Notes: a model not told the origin generated them from the letters alone. Shown: positions 50,701 through 63,095, numbered from the whole stretch's first letter. The stretch is DNA of 63,296 nucleotides, filler included, from Chiloscyllium plagiosum (GCF_004010195.1; 4 parts of one record of this genome joined end to end with filler, not necessarily neighbours in it); one strand, 5' to 3'. Numbers and translations are program-made.

Positions 50701-50736
50701 ATGGTGATCGAACTCTTCATAATCGAGTGAGGACTC
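50701..50736 (-). CDS. 36-nt micro-exon of the CNBD2-like gene (ESSLDYEEFDHH)
   Basis: Acceptor ctttcttttattccatag| and donor |gtgagt; phase 0-0, open frame. Confidence 0.6.
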
Positions 50737-50904
50737 CTATGGAATAAAAGAAAGTGGGATTTGAACTAGAGACGGAAAGAAATGAAACATTAGACTGTCA
50801 CATCAGAGGAGCATGTCAGGAAATTTTGGTGCAAAAAACAGCAGCTAAATTCCCCCAGAAAGATTATAAACAATATATCGCCCATGTATTGTTTACAGCT
50901 TGAC

Positions 50905-51305
50905 TCCATCCAGGTGGATGCCTGCTTGATTGGCACTCCATTGACATTCACTCCTTCCACACCTGGCACACAGTGCGTACCATCTATAAGATGCGCTGCA
51001 GAAATTCACCAAGACTCGTTGGTGAATTCACCAACACCTTCCAAACCACCAACATTTATCATCTAGAAGGACTAGGGAGGCAGATACATGGGAACACCAC
51101 CATTTGCAAGTTCCCCTTCAAGCCACACACCATCCTGACATGGAAATATATCGGTATTCCTTCAGAGTCGCTGGAAATCTTTTTCTGCCAGAACTGTACC
51201 TGTAGTTACCCCATGTACTTAACAATTCAAACAGGTTACTTGCCAATATCTTCTCAAGTGAAATAAATGGTATCCTTATCTACAACACTCACATGCCAAA
51301 ATAAA
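50905..51305 (+). mobile_element. L2/Crack-like LINE 3' end
   Basis: CCATCTATAAGATGCGCTGCAGAAATTCACCAAG, homologous to 36835-36870. Confidence 0.75.
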
Positions 51306-52015
51306 TTGAAATGTAACTATAATTGCTAACTGTAGCTGTTTGATGTTTGTCATTTTTGATTTGTCGAGTAAATATTCATTACCTTACTCCACATTTTCCC
51401 AATTGCCATTTGCTAACTATTTCACAAATGAAATTGCACTTCATTGTGTGCCAATCTCTCGCAGACTAAAACGTGATTGGTGAAACAGGACTTAAATGGA
51501 AAATGTTAACATGGAAATATTCTATGGACAAGGAAGATCAGTGATCCTGCGTGTATCGTCCATTAAGCGCAGGGTGTGGTGCCTTATCTACAAGGTGGAG
51601 GTCAATTAAAACTTTCCAAATTCAAATGAATAGATTTTTGTCAGGTACGCGTTTTAAGGAATATGATATCAAGGTGAATAAATATAATCAAGGCACAGAG
51701 CAGCCATGACACAGCTGAATTGTGGAATGGGCTTTATGAAGGCTGAATGGCCTCCTCCTGTTTCCCATGTTTCACCGCGTTGTGAACACTACATTACCCA
51801 GCAGTAACATTTGCTCTTGATTTCACACCCATGAACCATGGCCAACCGCTGCCATCCAGGTCATGATCATGGCAGGTCAGCTTCACTTGTTGCTTGCTCC
51901 CCTGATTCCCTGAGAGGCTATAGATGTGTCCCAGCCTGAAACACATTCGCCAATGGAGCATCCACCGCTTCCCGGGGCCCGGGATTCCAGGCATTCACAA
52001 CTCTCTTATGGAGCC

Positions 52016-54270
52016 GTATAGAGTCATACAGCATTCAAACAACTCATCCACGATGACCATGTTCCCAAACTAAACTAGTCCCACTTGCCTGCTCCTGGCC
52101 CACATCCATCCAAACCTTTCCTATTCTTGCACCTATCCAAATGTCTTTTAAACCTTGCAACTGTACCCGCATCTAACACCTCCACTGGAAGTTCATTCCA
52201 CACACAAATCACCCTCTGATTGAAAACTTTACCCCTCAGGTCCCTTTTAAATCTTTCTCCTTTCACCTTCAAACTGTGACCCCTAGTTTTGAACTGCCGC
52301 GCCTTAGGGAAAAGGTGCTTGCTATCCTTCTTATCTGTGACCTCATGATTTTATAAACCTCTATAAGGGCACCCCTCTACCTAGTACGCTCCAATGAAAA
52401 ACATCCCAGCCTATTCAGCCTCTCCTTATGACTCAAACCCTCCAGTCTTGGCAACATCCTGGTAAATCTTTTTTGAAAACCCTCTCCAATTTATTAACAT
52501 CCTTCTTAAAGCATGATAATCAGAACAGTACACAGTACTCCAAAGGTGGTCTTGCCAACATTCTGTACAACCTCAACATAATGTCCCAACTCCTGTCCCC
52601 AGTGGCCTCAGCAATGAAGGAAAGCATGCTAAATGCTTGCTTAACCACCTTGTGTACCTGTGTTGCAACTTTCAAAGAACTATGCGCCTGAACCCCTGAG
52701 TTTCTCTGTCCAACAACACTACGCAAAGTCCCACACCACAGAGTTCTAAGGGAGATAGCTGAAGAGATAGTGGGGGCGTTAGTGGTGATCTTTCAGGAAG
52801 CGTTAGAATCAGGGAGGGTCCCAGAGGAGTTGAAAATTGTTAATGTTACATCCCCGTTTAAAAGGGGAGGAAGGAAGGAGATGGAAAATTACAGTCCGAT
52901 TAGCCTAACCTCAGGTGTGGGTAGGATCCCGGAATCCATTGTCAAGGATGGGATTTCTGAATATTTGGAAGTATGTGGTAAAATAGAGCAAAGTCACCGT
53001 GGTTTCATCAAGGGGAGGTCATGCCTGACAAATCTGTTCGAATTCTTTGAGGAAGTAACTTTATTGTTTGCAAGCTTCTCCTTACAGCCTTTCTTAAGTA
53101 AAGACGCAACATTTGCTCCTGCTCCAGTTCTCCAGCACCTCACCTGTTGATATAGACGAAACAAATATCTCTGCTAGGGCCCCTGTAATTTATTCTCTAA
53201 CTTCCTACAAACTCCTGCGATTTACTTGATCAGGCCCTGAAGATATATCCATTTATGGTTTTGTTTTTAAAAACCTCCTCCTCTGTAAGGTGGACTGTTT
53301 TCAAGACATCGATCTTAACTTCCCCCGAAATCTCTAGCTGCTATTTCTTTCTCCACAGTATACACTGACACAAAATATTCATTTAGTCTCCCCCATCTCC
53401 TATAGTTCCACATATAGACAGCCTTGTTGATCTTTAGTGGGCCCTAACCTCTCCCTAGTTGCTCTTCATGTACTTGTAGAATCTCTTTGAATTATCCTTA
53501 ACCTTATCTACCAAGGTTATTTCATATCTCCTTTTTTGGCCTTTTGATTTCCATCTTAAGAATGCACCTAAACCCCTTTTACTCTCCAGGAGATTCAATT
53601 GATCCCAGTTGTCTATTCTCAATATATGACTCCTTCTTATTCTTGACCAAAGCCTCAATAACTTTATTCATCCATTGTACCCTCATCTTACCAGCCTTAC
53701 CCTGCACTCTCACAAGAACATAACACCTCTGAACTCCTGTGATCTCACTTGTGAAAGCCTCACACTTGCCAGTCATCCCTTTACGTGCGGACAATCTACT
53801 CCAATTAACTTTTGTAAGTTCCTGTCTCACACCATCAAAATCTGTCTTACTCCAATTAAGGAGCATAAGCTTCATACAAGGCACGGTGGCACAGTGGTTA
53901 GCACTGCTACCTCACAGTGCCAAAGACCCGGGTTCAATTCCCGCCTCAGGCAACTGTCTGTGTGGAGTTTGCACGTTCTCCTCGTGTCTGCGTGGAGCTG
54001 CTCCGGTTTCCTCCCACAGTCCAAAAATGTGCAGGTTAGGTGAATTGGTTATGCTACGTTGCCCGTAGTGTTAGGTGAAGGGGTGGGAGTGGGTCTGGGT
54101 GGGTTGCTGTTTGGAGGGTTGGTGTGGACTGGTTGGGCCAAAGGGCCTGTTTCCACACTGGAAGTAATCTAATCATATCCTTTTCCATAATTATCCTAAA
54201 AGTAATAGAATTATGATCACTGGTTCCAAAGTGCTCTCCCACACTATTGCATTTACTGACCCTGGTTCAT
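52016..54270 (-). mobile_element. CR1 LINE (minus) carrying an opposite-strand CR1 piece (52727-53060) and a V-SINE (53880-54174)
   Basis: HFGTSDHNSITF, NWSKTDFDGVRQEL, KDNSKRFYKY, LYRMLARPPLEYCVLF, VFNQRVICVWNELP. Confidence 0.85.
53880..54174 (+). mobile_element. HE1-type V-SINE
   Basis: A/B boxes, V domain and TAATC tail. Confidence 0.9.
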
Positions 54271-54312
54271 TCAGCTTACGCCAGTCACCCTCCAAATTTA
54301 TTGGGCACAAAG

Positions 54313-55218
54313 ACATAAAAGGTATAGTTAGTAAGTTTGCAGATGATGCCAAAATTGGACAGCGAAGAAGGTTACAATGGGATCTTCACCAGATGGGCCA
54401 ATGGGCTGAGAAGTGGCAGGTGGAGTTTAATTCAGATAAATGTGAGGTGCTGCGTTTTCGGAAAGCAAATCTTAGCAGGACGTATACACTTAATGGTAAG
54501 GTCCTAGGGAGTGTTGCTGAACAAAGAGACCTTGGAATGCAGGTTCATAGCTCCTTGATAGTGGAGTCTCAGGTAGATAGGATAGTGAAGAAGGCATTTG
54601 GTATGTTCTCTTTTATTGGTCAGTGTATTGAGTTCAGGAGTTGGGCCGTCATGTTGCGGCTGTACAGGACATTGGCTAAGCCACTATTGGAACACTGCAT
54701 GCAATTCTGTTCTCCTTCCTATCGGAAAGATGTTGTGAAACTTGAAAGGGTTCAGAAAAGATTTACAAGGATGTTGCCAGGGTTGGAGAGGTTGAATAGG
54801 CTAGGGCTGTTTCCCTGGAGCTTCGGAGGCTGAGGGGTGACCTTTTAGAGGTTTACAAAATTATGAGGGGCATGGATAGGATAAATAAACAAAGTATTTT
54901 CCTTAGGTTGGTGGAGTCCAGAACTAGAGGGCATAGGCTTAGGGTGAGAGGGGAAAGATATAAAAGAGACCTAAGAGGCAACATTTTCACGCAGAGGGTG
55001 GTACGTGTATGGAGTGAGCTGCCAGAGGATGTGGTGGAGGCTGGTACAATTACAACATTTAAGAGGCATTTGGATGAGTATATGAATAGGAAGGGTTTGG
55101 AGGGATATGGGCTGGGTGCTGGCAGGTGAGACTAGATTGGATTGGGATATCTGGGGTCAGCATGGACGGATTGGACCGAAGGGTCTGTTTCCGTGCTTTA
55201 CATCTCAATGACTCTAAG
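54313..55218 (+). mobile_element. CR1/HER1 LINE RT 3' part plus tail
   Basis: SKFADDAKIG..WAEKWQVEFNSDKCEV..FTQRVVRVWSELPE. Confidence 0.92.
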
Positions 55219-56204
55219 ACCTTACTCCTTTTCTGCGACCCTGTAGGAAGATGGCTTGAGTAGTTACAAATCCAAATGTCCTATTAGTAAGGGGTACTCA
55301 TGACTGTCTGCAGGCTATATCCTGTTGCAACATGCATGGATTTGTGAGAAAAGAGTACACTAACTTGCACCATCCACCTTCCTTCCTCCTTCGCAGCGGC
55401 CTCATCACTCCAGCTCTACAAAGGGTTGGGTTCCTAGGGCAGCTAAAACACAGGAAACACTTGGGTTTTTTTTCTCCAAAGGGGACAAATCACGTCCATC
55501 AAATTAAAGCAAAATACCACAGATGCTGGAAATATGAAATAAGAACAGAGAATGGAGAAAGTCAGCAGGTCCAGTGGCATGTCTGGACAGAGGCAGAGTT
55601 TAATGTTTTGAGTCTGAAATGGTCCTTCTTTGAAACAGGAAGAAGCTGGAAAACCTATTAATTACACAAAACATCGACATTGTGTGCCTAACACCTTTAG
55701 CGTAGTTCTGCCAGCTCAACATGGCAAACAAGGACCACATGTTGTTGCTTAAATTGGGACATTGTACAATGGTCCTGCTATTGTGGTTTTTGGTAAATGC
55801 AGTATGGCAATATGAAGTGCAAAGACATCTTGCCTAAGGAAACTGCATTAAATGCACCAATGATAAGGTATTAGAAAAAATTGAGATCTATTAAAATCTT
55901 ATATGAATGTCAATGTTCTAGAGCAGACTAAAAGTTACACTTTTTCTTCGTGAAAGATTAAGATTCTACAGTCCCAGAAGACCGTAGGGCTGCTCTCTCA
56001 TTAGAGAGAGAAAGATAACTAGTGGGGGTTTAACCTGCCTCATCTCAGCCTTGGATGATTAACCTCAGGCTGTATGGTTCTGGTTTTGATTCCACAGACA
56101 GGGGGAAACAACCTCTCAGTGCCGAACCAATCAGGCCTCTTCAGGATCTTGTAAGTTTTAATGAAATCATCTCTCTCTTTCTAAGCTCTGAGTATGAAAA
56201 GCCA

Positions 56205-56325
56205 AAAGGTAAAAACAATGACTGCAGATGCTGGAAACCAGATTCTGGATTAGTGGTGCTGGAAGAGCACGGCAGTTCAGGCAGCATCTCCTGAACGCTG
56301 TGGTCTTCCAGCACCACTAATCCAG
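56205..56325. mobile_element. Palindromic PLE pLTR-derived mini element
   Basis: CTGGATTAGTGGTGCTGGAAGA / TCTTCCAGCACCACTAATCCAG arms; decayed TSD AGTATGAAAAGCCA / AGTATAGAGAGCCA. Confidence 0.8.
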
Positions 56326-56820
56326 TATAGAGAGCCAGTTAACTCAGCTTCTTATCATTGCACTACCTGCTCATAACAGGTATAAATCCAGTGAATCTTC
56401 ACAATACTTAATCCAATCCTTCCTTCGATATGGAGGTCAAAATTGTATGTAGTGATCCTGCTGGCGTCCCACCAAAGCCCTGTAACAACTATAGTAAGTT
56501 TGCCTTATTCTTGCATTCCAGTTATTGTAGACTGCAATAACATCCCATGTGCCAGTTACCACCTGAATTTCTTTCAGTACCTGTTAGCTTGTCATCCTCT
56601 TGGAAACATTGTAATTCTCCCTGAACATCAATGTTTTGAAGCATCAACAGTCTTTTTAAAAAGTATTACTAAAATGAATAACCTCGCAGCTCCCTGTATT
56701 ATATTCCATTTGCCCACTCACGGCTTGCAGCCTCTGTTTGTCTTCCTCACAACTTACGAGTCTCACCGACCTTTGTACAATCAGTAAATATAAATACATG
56801 ACTCTCTGTTTAAGCTTTTT

Positions 56821-57110
56821 AGATTAGATTCCCTACAGGCCCTTTGGCTCAACAAGTCCACACCAACCCTCCGAAGAGCAACCCACCCAGACCCATTCCC
56901 CTACACCTAACACTATGGGCAATTTAGTATGGCCAATTCACCTGACCCACACATCTTTGGGCTGTGGGAGGAAACCAGAGCACCCAGAGGAAGCCCGCGC
57001 AGACACGGGAGAACACGCAAACTCCACACAGACAGTTGCCCGAGGTGGGAATTGTACCCAGGTCCCTGGCGCTGTGAGGCAGCAGTACTAACCACTGAGC
57101 CACCGTGCCG
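56821..57110 (-). mobile_element. HE1-type V-SINE
   Basis: Reverse-complement head, V domain and tail. Confidence 0.9.
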
Positions 57111-57453
57111 GATTGCATAAATCGTAAAAAGCTTAAAGCTTGGGGTTGCCCACCGTTGCAGTCAAAATGCCCTGTTGACCCCCCACTCTCTGCAAGGTTA
57201 GGGGGAGGGACACAGGCTCAAGAGCCAACAGAGGCACTCAGGGCCGAGTGGCCTCCCTCCTGTGGAGCGGAAAGGGGAAGGGGAGGAACTGGATTCAGTA
57301 GAATCGAGGGAGTCGAAATGCTAAGTTGGTGATGGGGTGGGGGGGGAGCAGGACTCGAGGAGGTCATTAATGAGCAAGTCAGAATCTGAAAGGACCATGA
57401 GGGTGGGGGTGAAATGATGGACTGGATTTGATTTGGAGGGAAAGCTCGGTTAC

Positions 57454-57585
57454 TTGGCTGCTGTAACTCCCGGGGTGGTGGGTTGCTGCCACTCGGCTGC
57501 TTTCCCTCGAGATGTCCGAGCTGTCTCCGGAGGTGCTCATCGCCTTATTTCTGGTGCATTCACTCTCGGCCACACGGGTCCGGTC
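57454..57585 (-). CDS. Putative first coding exon of the CNBD2-like gene (candidate ATG at 57540)
   Basis: Acceptor tccctccccctccccaccccag| and donor CAA|gtaacc; 132 nt open, ends in phase 0; MSTSGDSSDISRESSRVAATHHPGSYSSQ; GC/CpG-rich context. Confidence 0.45.
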
Positions 57586-58287
57586 CTGGGGTGGGGAGGG
57601 GGAGGGACACAGAGGCGACTTTCGAAATGCAGCCCCGCAGTTCGGAATTGGAACCGGCATGGCACGCTCCCCCCCCCCCACCGTGCTGCAGCAGGGAGGG
57701 TCCTGGCTGGCCTTTGGGGCTTCCTTCACCTCTTCCCACCCTTTCCCAAATGCAGAACCTACAGACAGAGAGAGAGGCATTGAGCTAGCAATTCTGAGTC
57801 TGACTTTCAGCCTCCAGCTTCTCCCTCTGTAATTTGACCCCAGCTGGTTGGGAAAGGGCAAGATAATTGCCCCACACCTCCCCCAAAATGCCCAATAACC
57901 CCAGCAAGGTGTGCTAAACTTCCCTTCAAATCCTCTTCATTTCTCGTTCTGTTTTGGGATGTGGATGTCACCTCAATCCCATCTCTCGTCAAGGTGTTCG
58001 AACCGCGACAGCCCACGTGCGATGGATATATTACCAGGATTTTGACCCAGAGACCAAAACAAAACAATCTGCGGATGCTGGAATCCAAGGTAGACAAGCA
58101 GGAGGCTGGAAGAACACAGTGAGCCAGGCAGCATCAGGAGGTGAAGTTGACGTTTCAGATGTGACCCTTCTTCAGTTCCCTTCTCCACCTCCTGATGACC
58201 CGCCAGGGTCAAAATTTGCAGGTAGTGTTATCTGGGTCATCGAGGTTGTGGGTTTGGAATTTGCTTTTTAAGGAGCTTGGTACTTAG

Positions 58288-59420
58288 CATCATAGAGACG
58301 TACAGCACGGAAACAGACCCTTTAGACCAACTCGTCCATGCCGACCAGATATCCTAAATTAATCTCCTCCCATTTGCTAGCACTTGGTCCGTATCGCTCT
58401 AAACCCTTCCTATTCATATACCCATTTAGATGCCGTTTGAATGCTGTAATTGCACCAGCCTCCACCACTTCCTCTGGCAGCTCATTCCATCATTGTGAAG
58501 GATGAGCTTTCTGAATACTTGAAAGTGTATGGTAAAATAGGGCAAAGTCAGCATGGTTTCATCTAGAGGAGGCCCTGTCTGACAAATTGGTTTGAATTCT
58601 TTGAGAAAGTCAATCAAGTTAGACCAAGGGGAGCCAATGGATGTTACCTACCTGGACTTCAAGAAGGCATTTGACAAGGTGTCTCACAGCAGGCTACTGA
58701 TTAAGATAAGGGCCCATGGTGTTAGTGGCAAGGTGCTAGCATGGAGGGAAGATTGACTGTCTGACAGAAAGCAGAGATTGGGGATAAAATGGTCCTTCTC
58801 AGGATGGCAACTGGTGATGTAGTGTTCCACAAGGCTCAGAGTTGGGACCACAACTTTTCACTTTATACGTTAATGACCGAGATGAAGGAACTGAGGGCAT
58901 TCTGGCTAAGTTTGCAGATGATACAAAGATAGGTAGAGGGACAGGTAGCATTGAGGAGGCAGCGAGGCTACAGAAGGATTTGGACAGGTTAGGAGAATGG
59001 GCAAAGAACTGACAGATGGAGTACAACGTGGGAAAGTGTGAGGTCATGCACTTTGGGAGGAAGAATAGAAGCATGGACTATTTTCCAAATGGGGAGAAAT
59101 TTCAGAAGACTGAAGTGGAAAGAAACTTAAGAGTTCTTGTCCAGGATTCTCTCAAGGTAAACTTGCAGGTTGAGGCAGTCGTTAGGAAGGTAATTGCAAT
59201 GATGGCATTTAGTTTGAGAAGACATGAATATAAAAGCAGGGATGTACTTCTGAGGCTCTATAAGGCTCTAGTCAGACCACATTTGGAGTATTGTGCACAT
59301 TTTTGGGCCCTATATCTCAGGGAGAAAGTACTGGCATTGGAGCGTGTTCAGAGGAGGTTCACAAGAATGATCCCAGGAATGAAAAGTTTAACATATGAGG
59401 AAGGTTTGAGAAAGGAATGA
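58288..59420. mobile_element. Two abutting CR1 fragments: 3' tail (minus, 58288-58490) and RT (plus, 58491-59420)
   Basis: LDFKKAFDKV, KFADDTKIG, LYKALVRPHLEYCAHFW..LTYEE on the plus strand. Confidence 0.88.
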
Positions 59421-59878
59421 GGAAGGTGTGAGGAACGTTTGAGGAAGGTGTGAGGAAGGTTTGAGGAAGGTTTGAGGAAGGTGTGAGGAAGGTTTGAGGA
59501 AGGTGTGAGGAAGGTGTGAGGAAGGTTTGAGGAAGGTGTGAGGAAGGTGTGAGGAAGGTTTGAGGAAGGTGTGAGGAAGGTGTGAGGAAGGTTTGAGGAA
59601 GGTGTGAGGAAGGTGTGAGGAAGGTTTGAGGAAGGTGTGAGGAAGGTGTGAGGAAGGTTTGAGGAAGGTGTGAGGAAGGTGTGAGGAAGGTTTGAGGAAG
59701 GTGTGAGGAAGGTGTGAGGAAGGTTTGAGGAAGGTGTGAGGAAGGTGTGAGGAAGGTTTGAGGAAGGTGTGAGGAAGGTGTGAGGAAGGTTTGAGGAAGG
59801 TGTGAGGAAGGTGTGAGGAAGGTTTGAGGAAGGTGTGAGGAAGGTGTGAGGAAGGTTTGAGGAAGGTGTGAGGAAGGT
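59396..59878. repeat. 11-bp minisatellite GAGGAAGGT[G/T]T with a 33-bp higher-order period
   Basis: Regular T,G,G variant pattern from about 59485 to the gap. Confidence 0.95.
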
Positions 59879-59978
59879 NNNNNNNNNNNNNNNNNNNNNN
59901 NNNNNNNNNNNNNNNNNNNNNNTTAATTAATTAANNNNNNNNNNNNNNNNNNNNNNNNNNNNNNNNNNNNNNNNNNNN
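59879..59978. other. Assembly gap spacer (44N-TTAATTAATTAA-44N)
   Basis: Same structure as the other two spacers. Confidence 0.97.
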
Positions 59979-60223
59979 GGGCATGGAATGCGCTTCCTGT
60001 GGGAGTGGCAGAGTCAGAATCATTGGTGACCTTTAAGCGGCAATTGGATAGGTACATGGATAGATGCTTAAGCTAGGACAAATGTTCGGCACAACATCAT
60101 GGGCCGAATGGCCTGTTCTGTGCTGTATTGTTCTATGTTCTATGTTCTAAGACCCCTCATACCCGTCAATCTTGCCCTGGGGAAGAGTCTCTGGCTATTG
60201 ACTCTATTTATTCCTCTCATTAT

Positions 60224-61125
60224 CTTGAAGGACTGGTTAGTAAATTTTCGGATGACACTAAATTCAGTGGAGTTGTGAACAGTGCCGAAGGATGTTGTAG
60301 GTTACAAAGGGACATAGATAAGCTGCAGAGCTGAGCTGAGCTGAGAGGTGGCAAATGCAGTTTAATGTGGAAAAGTGTGAGGTGATTCACTTTGGAAGGA
60401 GTAACAGGAATGCAGAGTACTGGGCTAATGGTAAGACTCCTGGCCATGGAGATGAGCAGAGAGATCTCGGAGTCCATGTGCATAGATCCCTGAAAGTTGC
60501 CACTAGGTTGATAGGGTTGTTAAGAAGGCATACAGTGTGTTAGCTTTTGTTGGTAGAGGGATTGAGTTTCGGAGGCATGAGATCAGGCTGCAGCTGTAAA
60601 AAACTTTGTTGCGGCCACACTTTGCGTACAGTTCTGGTCACTGCATTATTGGAAGGATGTGGAAGCTTTGGAAAGGGTTCAGAGGAGATTTACTAAGATG
60701 TTGCCTGATGTGGAGGGAAGGTCTTATGAAGAAAGGCTGAAGGACTTGAGGCTGTTTTCGTTAGAGAGAAGAAGGTTGAGAGGTGACTTAATTGAGACAT
60801 ATAAGATATTCAGAGGGTTAGATAAGGTGGATAGTGAAAGCCTTTTTCTTCAGATGGTGATGGCTAGCACAAGGGGACATAGCTTTAAATTGAGGGGTGA
60901 TACATATAGGACAGATGTCAGAGCTAGTTTCTTTATTCAGAGAGTAGTAGGGACGTGGATTGCCCTGCCTGCAACAGTAGTAGACTCACCAACTTTAAGG
61001 GCATTTAAATGGTCATTGGATAAACATATGGTTGAAAATGGAATAGTGCAGGTTAGATGGGCTTCAGATTGGTTCCACAGGTCGGGGCAACAAGGGCGGA
61101 AGGGCCTGTGCTAAGCTGTAATGTC
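60224..61125 (+). mobile_element. CR1 LINE RT 3' part plus tail
   Basis: SKFSDDTKF..ALERVQRRFTKMLP..LRGDLIETYKI. Confidence 0.92.
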
Positions 61126-62074
61126 TACAGACTCAACGTTTCTATGGATATGTAGTCTCGGTCCATTAGTCAGAAGAAACGTTGAGAAAGAGGGAATGGG
61201 TCTGGGTATTCTACTCTTTGGAGGGTCGGTGTGGACTTGTTGGGCCAAATAGCCTGTTTCTATGAATATCGGCTCTCTGGAGCATTCCCAATTCTCAATG
61301 ATTCATTAAACCTTTGGCTGTTAAGTCTTAAGTCTGGAATTCCCTCTTTTAGACCTCTCTTCTTCACTATATCTTTTCTCTCTCCTCCTTTCAGATGGCT
61401 CCTTAAAAGAGCTTTTGCTCACCTGCCCGACTACCGACAAAGGACTTCCTTGTCCACAGGAAGTGTTTGTGATTTCAAATCTCTGTCGTGAATAGGGACC
61501 AACTGCTTAGTCTGACTGGACGTTGAGCGTAGACAGACACCAGTCCATTCAATGTCACGCATGTATTCCTGACATCTTGGACCATCACTATGTGGCTGTG
61601 CATCAGTTGTGCATACAGACTATGTGGCTATGTAAGCATTAGGATGTTACCTGCTCGGAGAGGTGGTAACACAGCTCCCAATATTTGATATGCCCCAGTG
61701 CAAGGCGTATGACATACTCCACAGGAAGTGATACCACCCAAAGATTTTCTGAAGAACAGAAAAATGATCTTTCTTGTAACTTCCCCAATGGTTCCTCCAG
61801 CTTGCAGTTCAATTTAGTGTCTGCAGCTTGGCCTCAGTCATAAACTGACAGATATTAAAAGGGTACATTCACTCTGTCACTCAATTTGAAAACCTTCTCC
61901 CTAATTTGTCCTCAAGATCCTCAAATCTTTGGAAAATCCAGTCATTTTCTCTGGAAGCCTTGACCTTGACAGGAAGGTTGCCCTTTGTTTTTCCAAACAG
62001 GGCCAATTTCCTTCAGCTGGAGAGTGGCCTCCATAGAGAGAGGGATTGTTAACGAATGGTATTTGTGGGGGATC

Positions 62075-62086
62075 CAAGATGGCGGC
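62075..62086 (+). promoter_or_regulatory. YY1-type motif CAAGATGGCGGC at the L1 5' terminus
   Basis: Matches the YY1 consensus at the position where mammalian L1 carries it. Confidence 0.7.
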
Positions 62087-62237
62087 GACCCAGCAAGTCT
62101 GAGTCTGCAGTGCTCCTCCCAAGACTTGGGTAAAGTGGGTCACCCACCCCCACCACACTCACTAAATCATTTATAATAGCTGTTTAATTTAATTAGTTGT
62201 TTAATATTAAATTTAAACAATCTAATCTTTAGTAAAA

Positions 62238-63095
62238 ATGACTAAAGGGAAGGGAGCCCGCAGCTCTCAACAAGCAGGAACCCCTCCCCCACCCTCTCCA
62301 GCTGCAGCTGAGGCGTCCACAGCCGCTCCGGGGGACTTACCTACAGTGACAAGCCTTGTGGAGATGATCTCCAAACTGGACGCGAAGATCGATGCTTTCA
62401 TCGAAGAATCCCAAAGTCAATGGGACTCACTCTCGGCCGCGATGCAGAAGCACGACAGAGACATCCAGGAAATCGAGCGCCGAGTCGGAGGGGCGGAGTT
62501 AAAGGCCGCGACCTCCGAAACTACAGCACAATCGACCGTGGATCAGGTCTGGACTCTCAAACAGCAAGTCCGGACCTTAGAGAATCATATTGATGACCTT
62601 GATAATCGAGGTCGCCGAAAAAATATTCGTTTGCTGGGCCTTCCCGAATGGGAAGAGGAAGGCCAGCTTGCAGCGTTCCTCGAGAAGTGGCTGCCACAGC
62701 TTTTAAATCTGGAAGCTGGATCAGGCCAGGTAAGGGTAGAATGGGCCTACCGGGTCGCAATACGCGGGCCCGGCTCGAACCAGTGCCCACGCCCGGTCCT
62801 GTTCCGGCTGCAGAGCTACAAGGAGAGGCAGATACTCCTAGAAGCCTCTAGAAATCTTGGAAAAGACCCCCAAGCTATGATCTACAAAGGATCCAAGATC
62901 ATGTTATTCCAGGACTTTTCCCCAGCTCTGGTCCGAAAGAGGAAAGCATTCGATGAGGCGAAGAAGCGTTTAAGGGACTTACATATTCAGTACTCCTTAC
63001 GCTACCCAGCGACGCTACGCTTTAACCATGAAGGATCCGTATATAACTTCGGATCGCCAGAAAAGGCGAAGGAATTCTTGGACTCTCTTAGATAA
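62238..63095 (+). CDS. L1 ORF1p (coiled coil, RRM, CTD; Transposase_22/L1TD1-like), 285 aa, intact
   Basis: DLDNRGRRKNIRLLGLPE, EWAYRV..PRPVLFRL, FQDFSPALVRKRKAF, YSLRYPATLR motifs. Confidence 0.93.
   Translation: MTKGKGARSSQQAGTPPPPSPAAAEASTAAPGDLPTVTSLVEMISKLDAKIDAFIEESQSQWDSLSAAMQKHDRDIQEIERRVGGAELKAATSETTAQSTVDQVWTLKQQVRTLENHIDDLDNRGRRKNIRLLGLPEWEEEGQLAAFLEKWLPQLLNLEAGSGQVRVEWAYRVAIRGPGSNQCPRPVLFRLQSYKERQILLEASRNLGKDPQAMIYKGSKIMLFQDFSPALVRKRKAFDEAKKRLRDLHIQYSLRYPATLRFNHEGSVYNFGSPEKAKEFLDSLR

Noticed and set aside
59396..59878. CRISPR-like regular array (also 49440-50520 and 47-126)
   Set aside because: No unique spacers, no cas genes and a eukaryotic context; these are plain tandem repeats.
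26238..59934. TTAATTAATTAA occurring three times
   Set aside because: Always centred in 44N+12+44N, so it is an artificial six-frame-stop linker and not biology.
62238..63095. Host L1TD1 gene
   Set aside because: L1TD1 is a mammalian domestication; the L1-type 5' terminus indicates a transposon ORF1.
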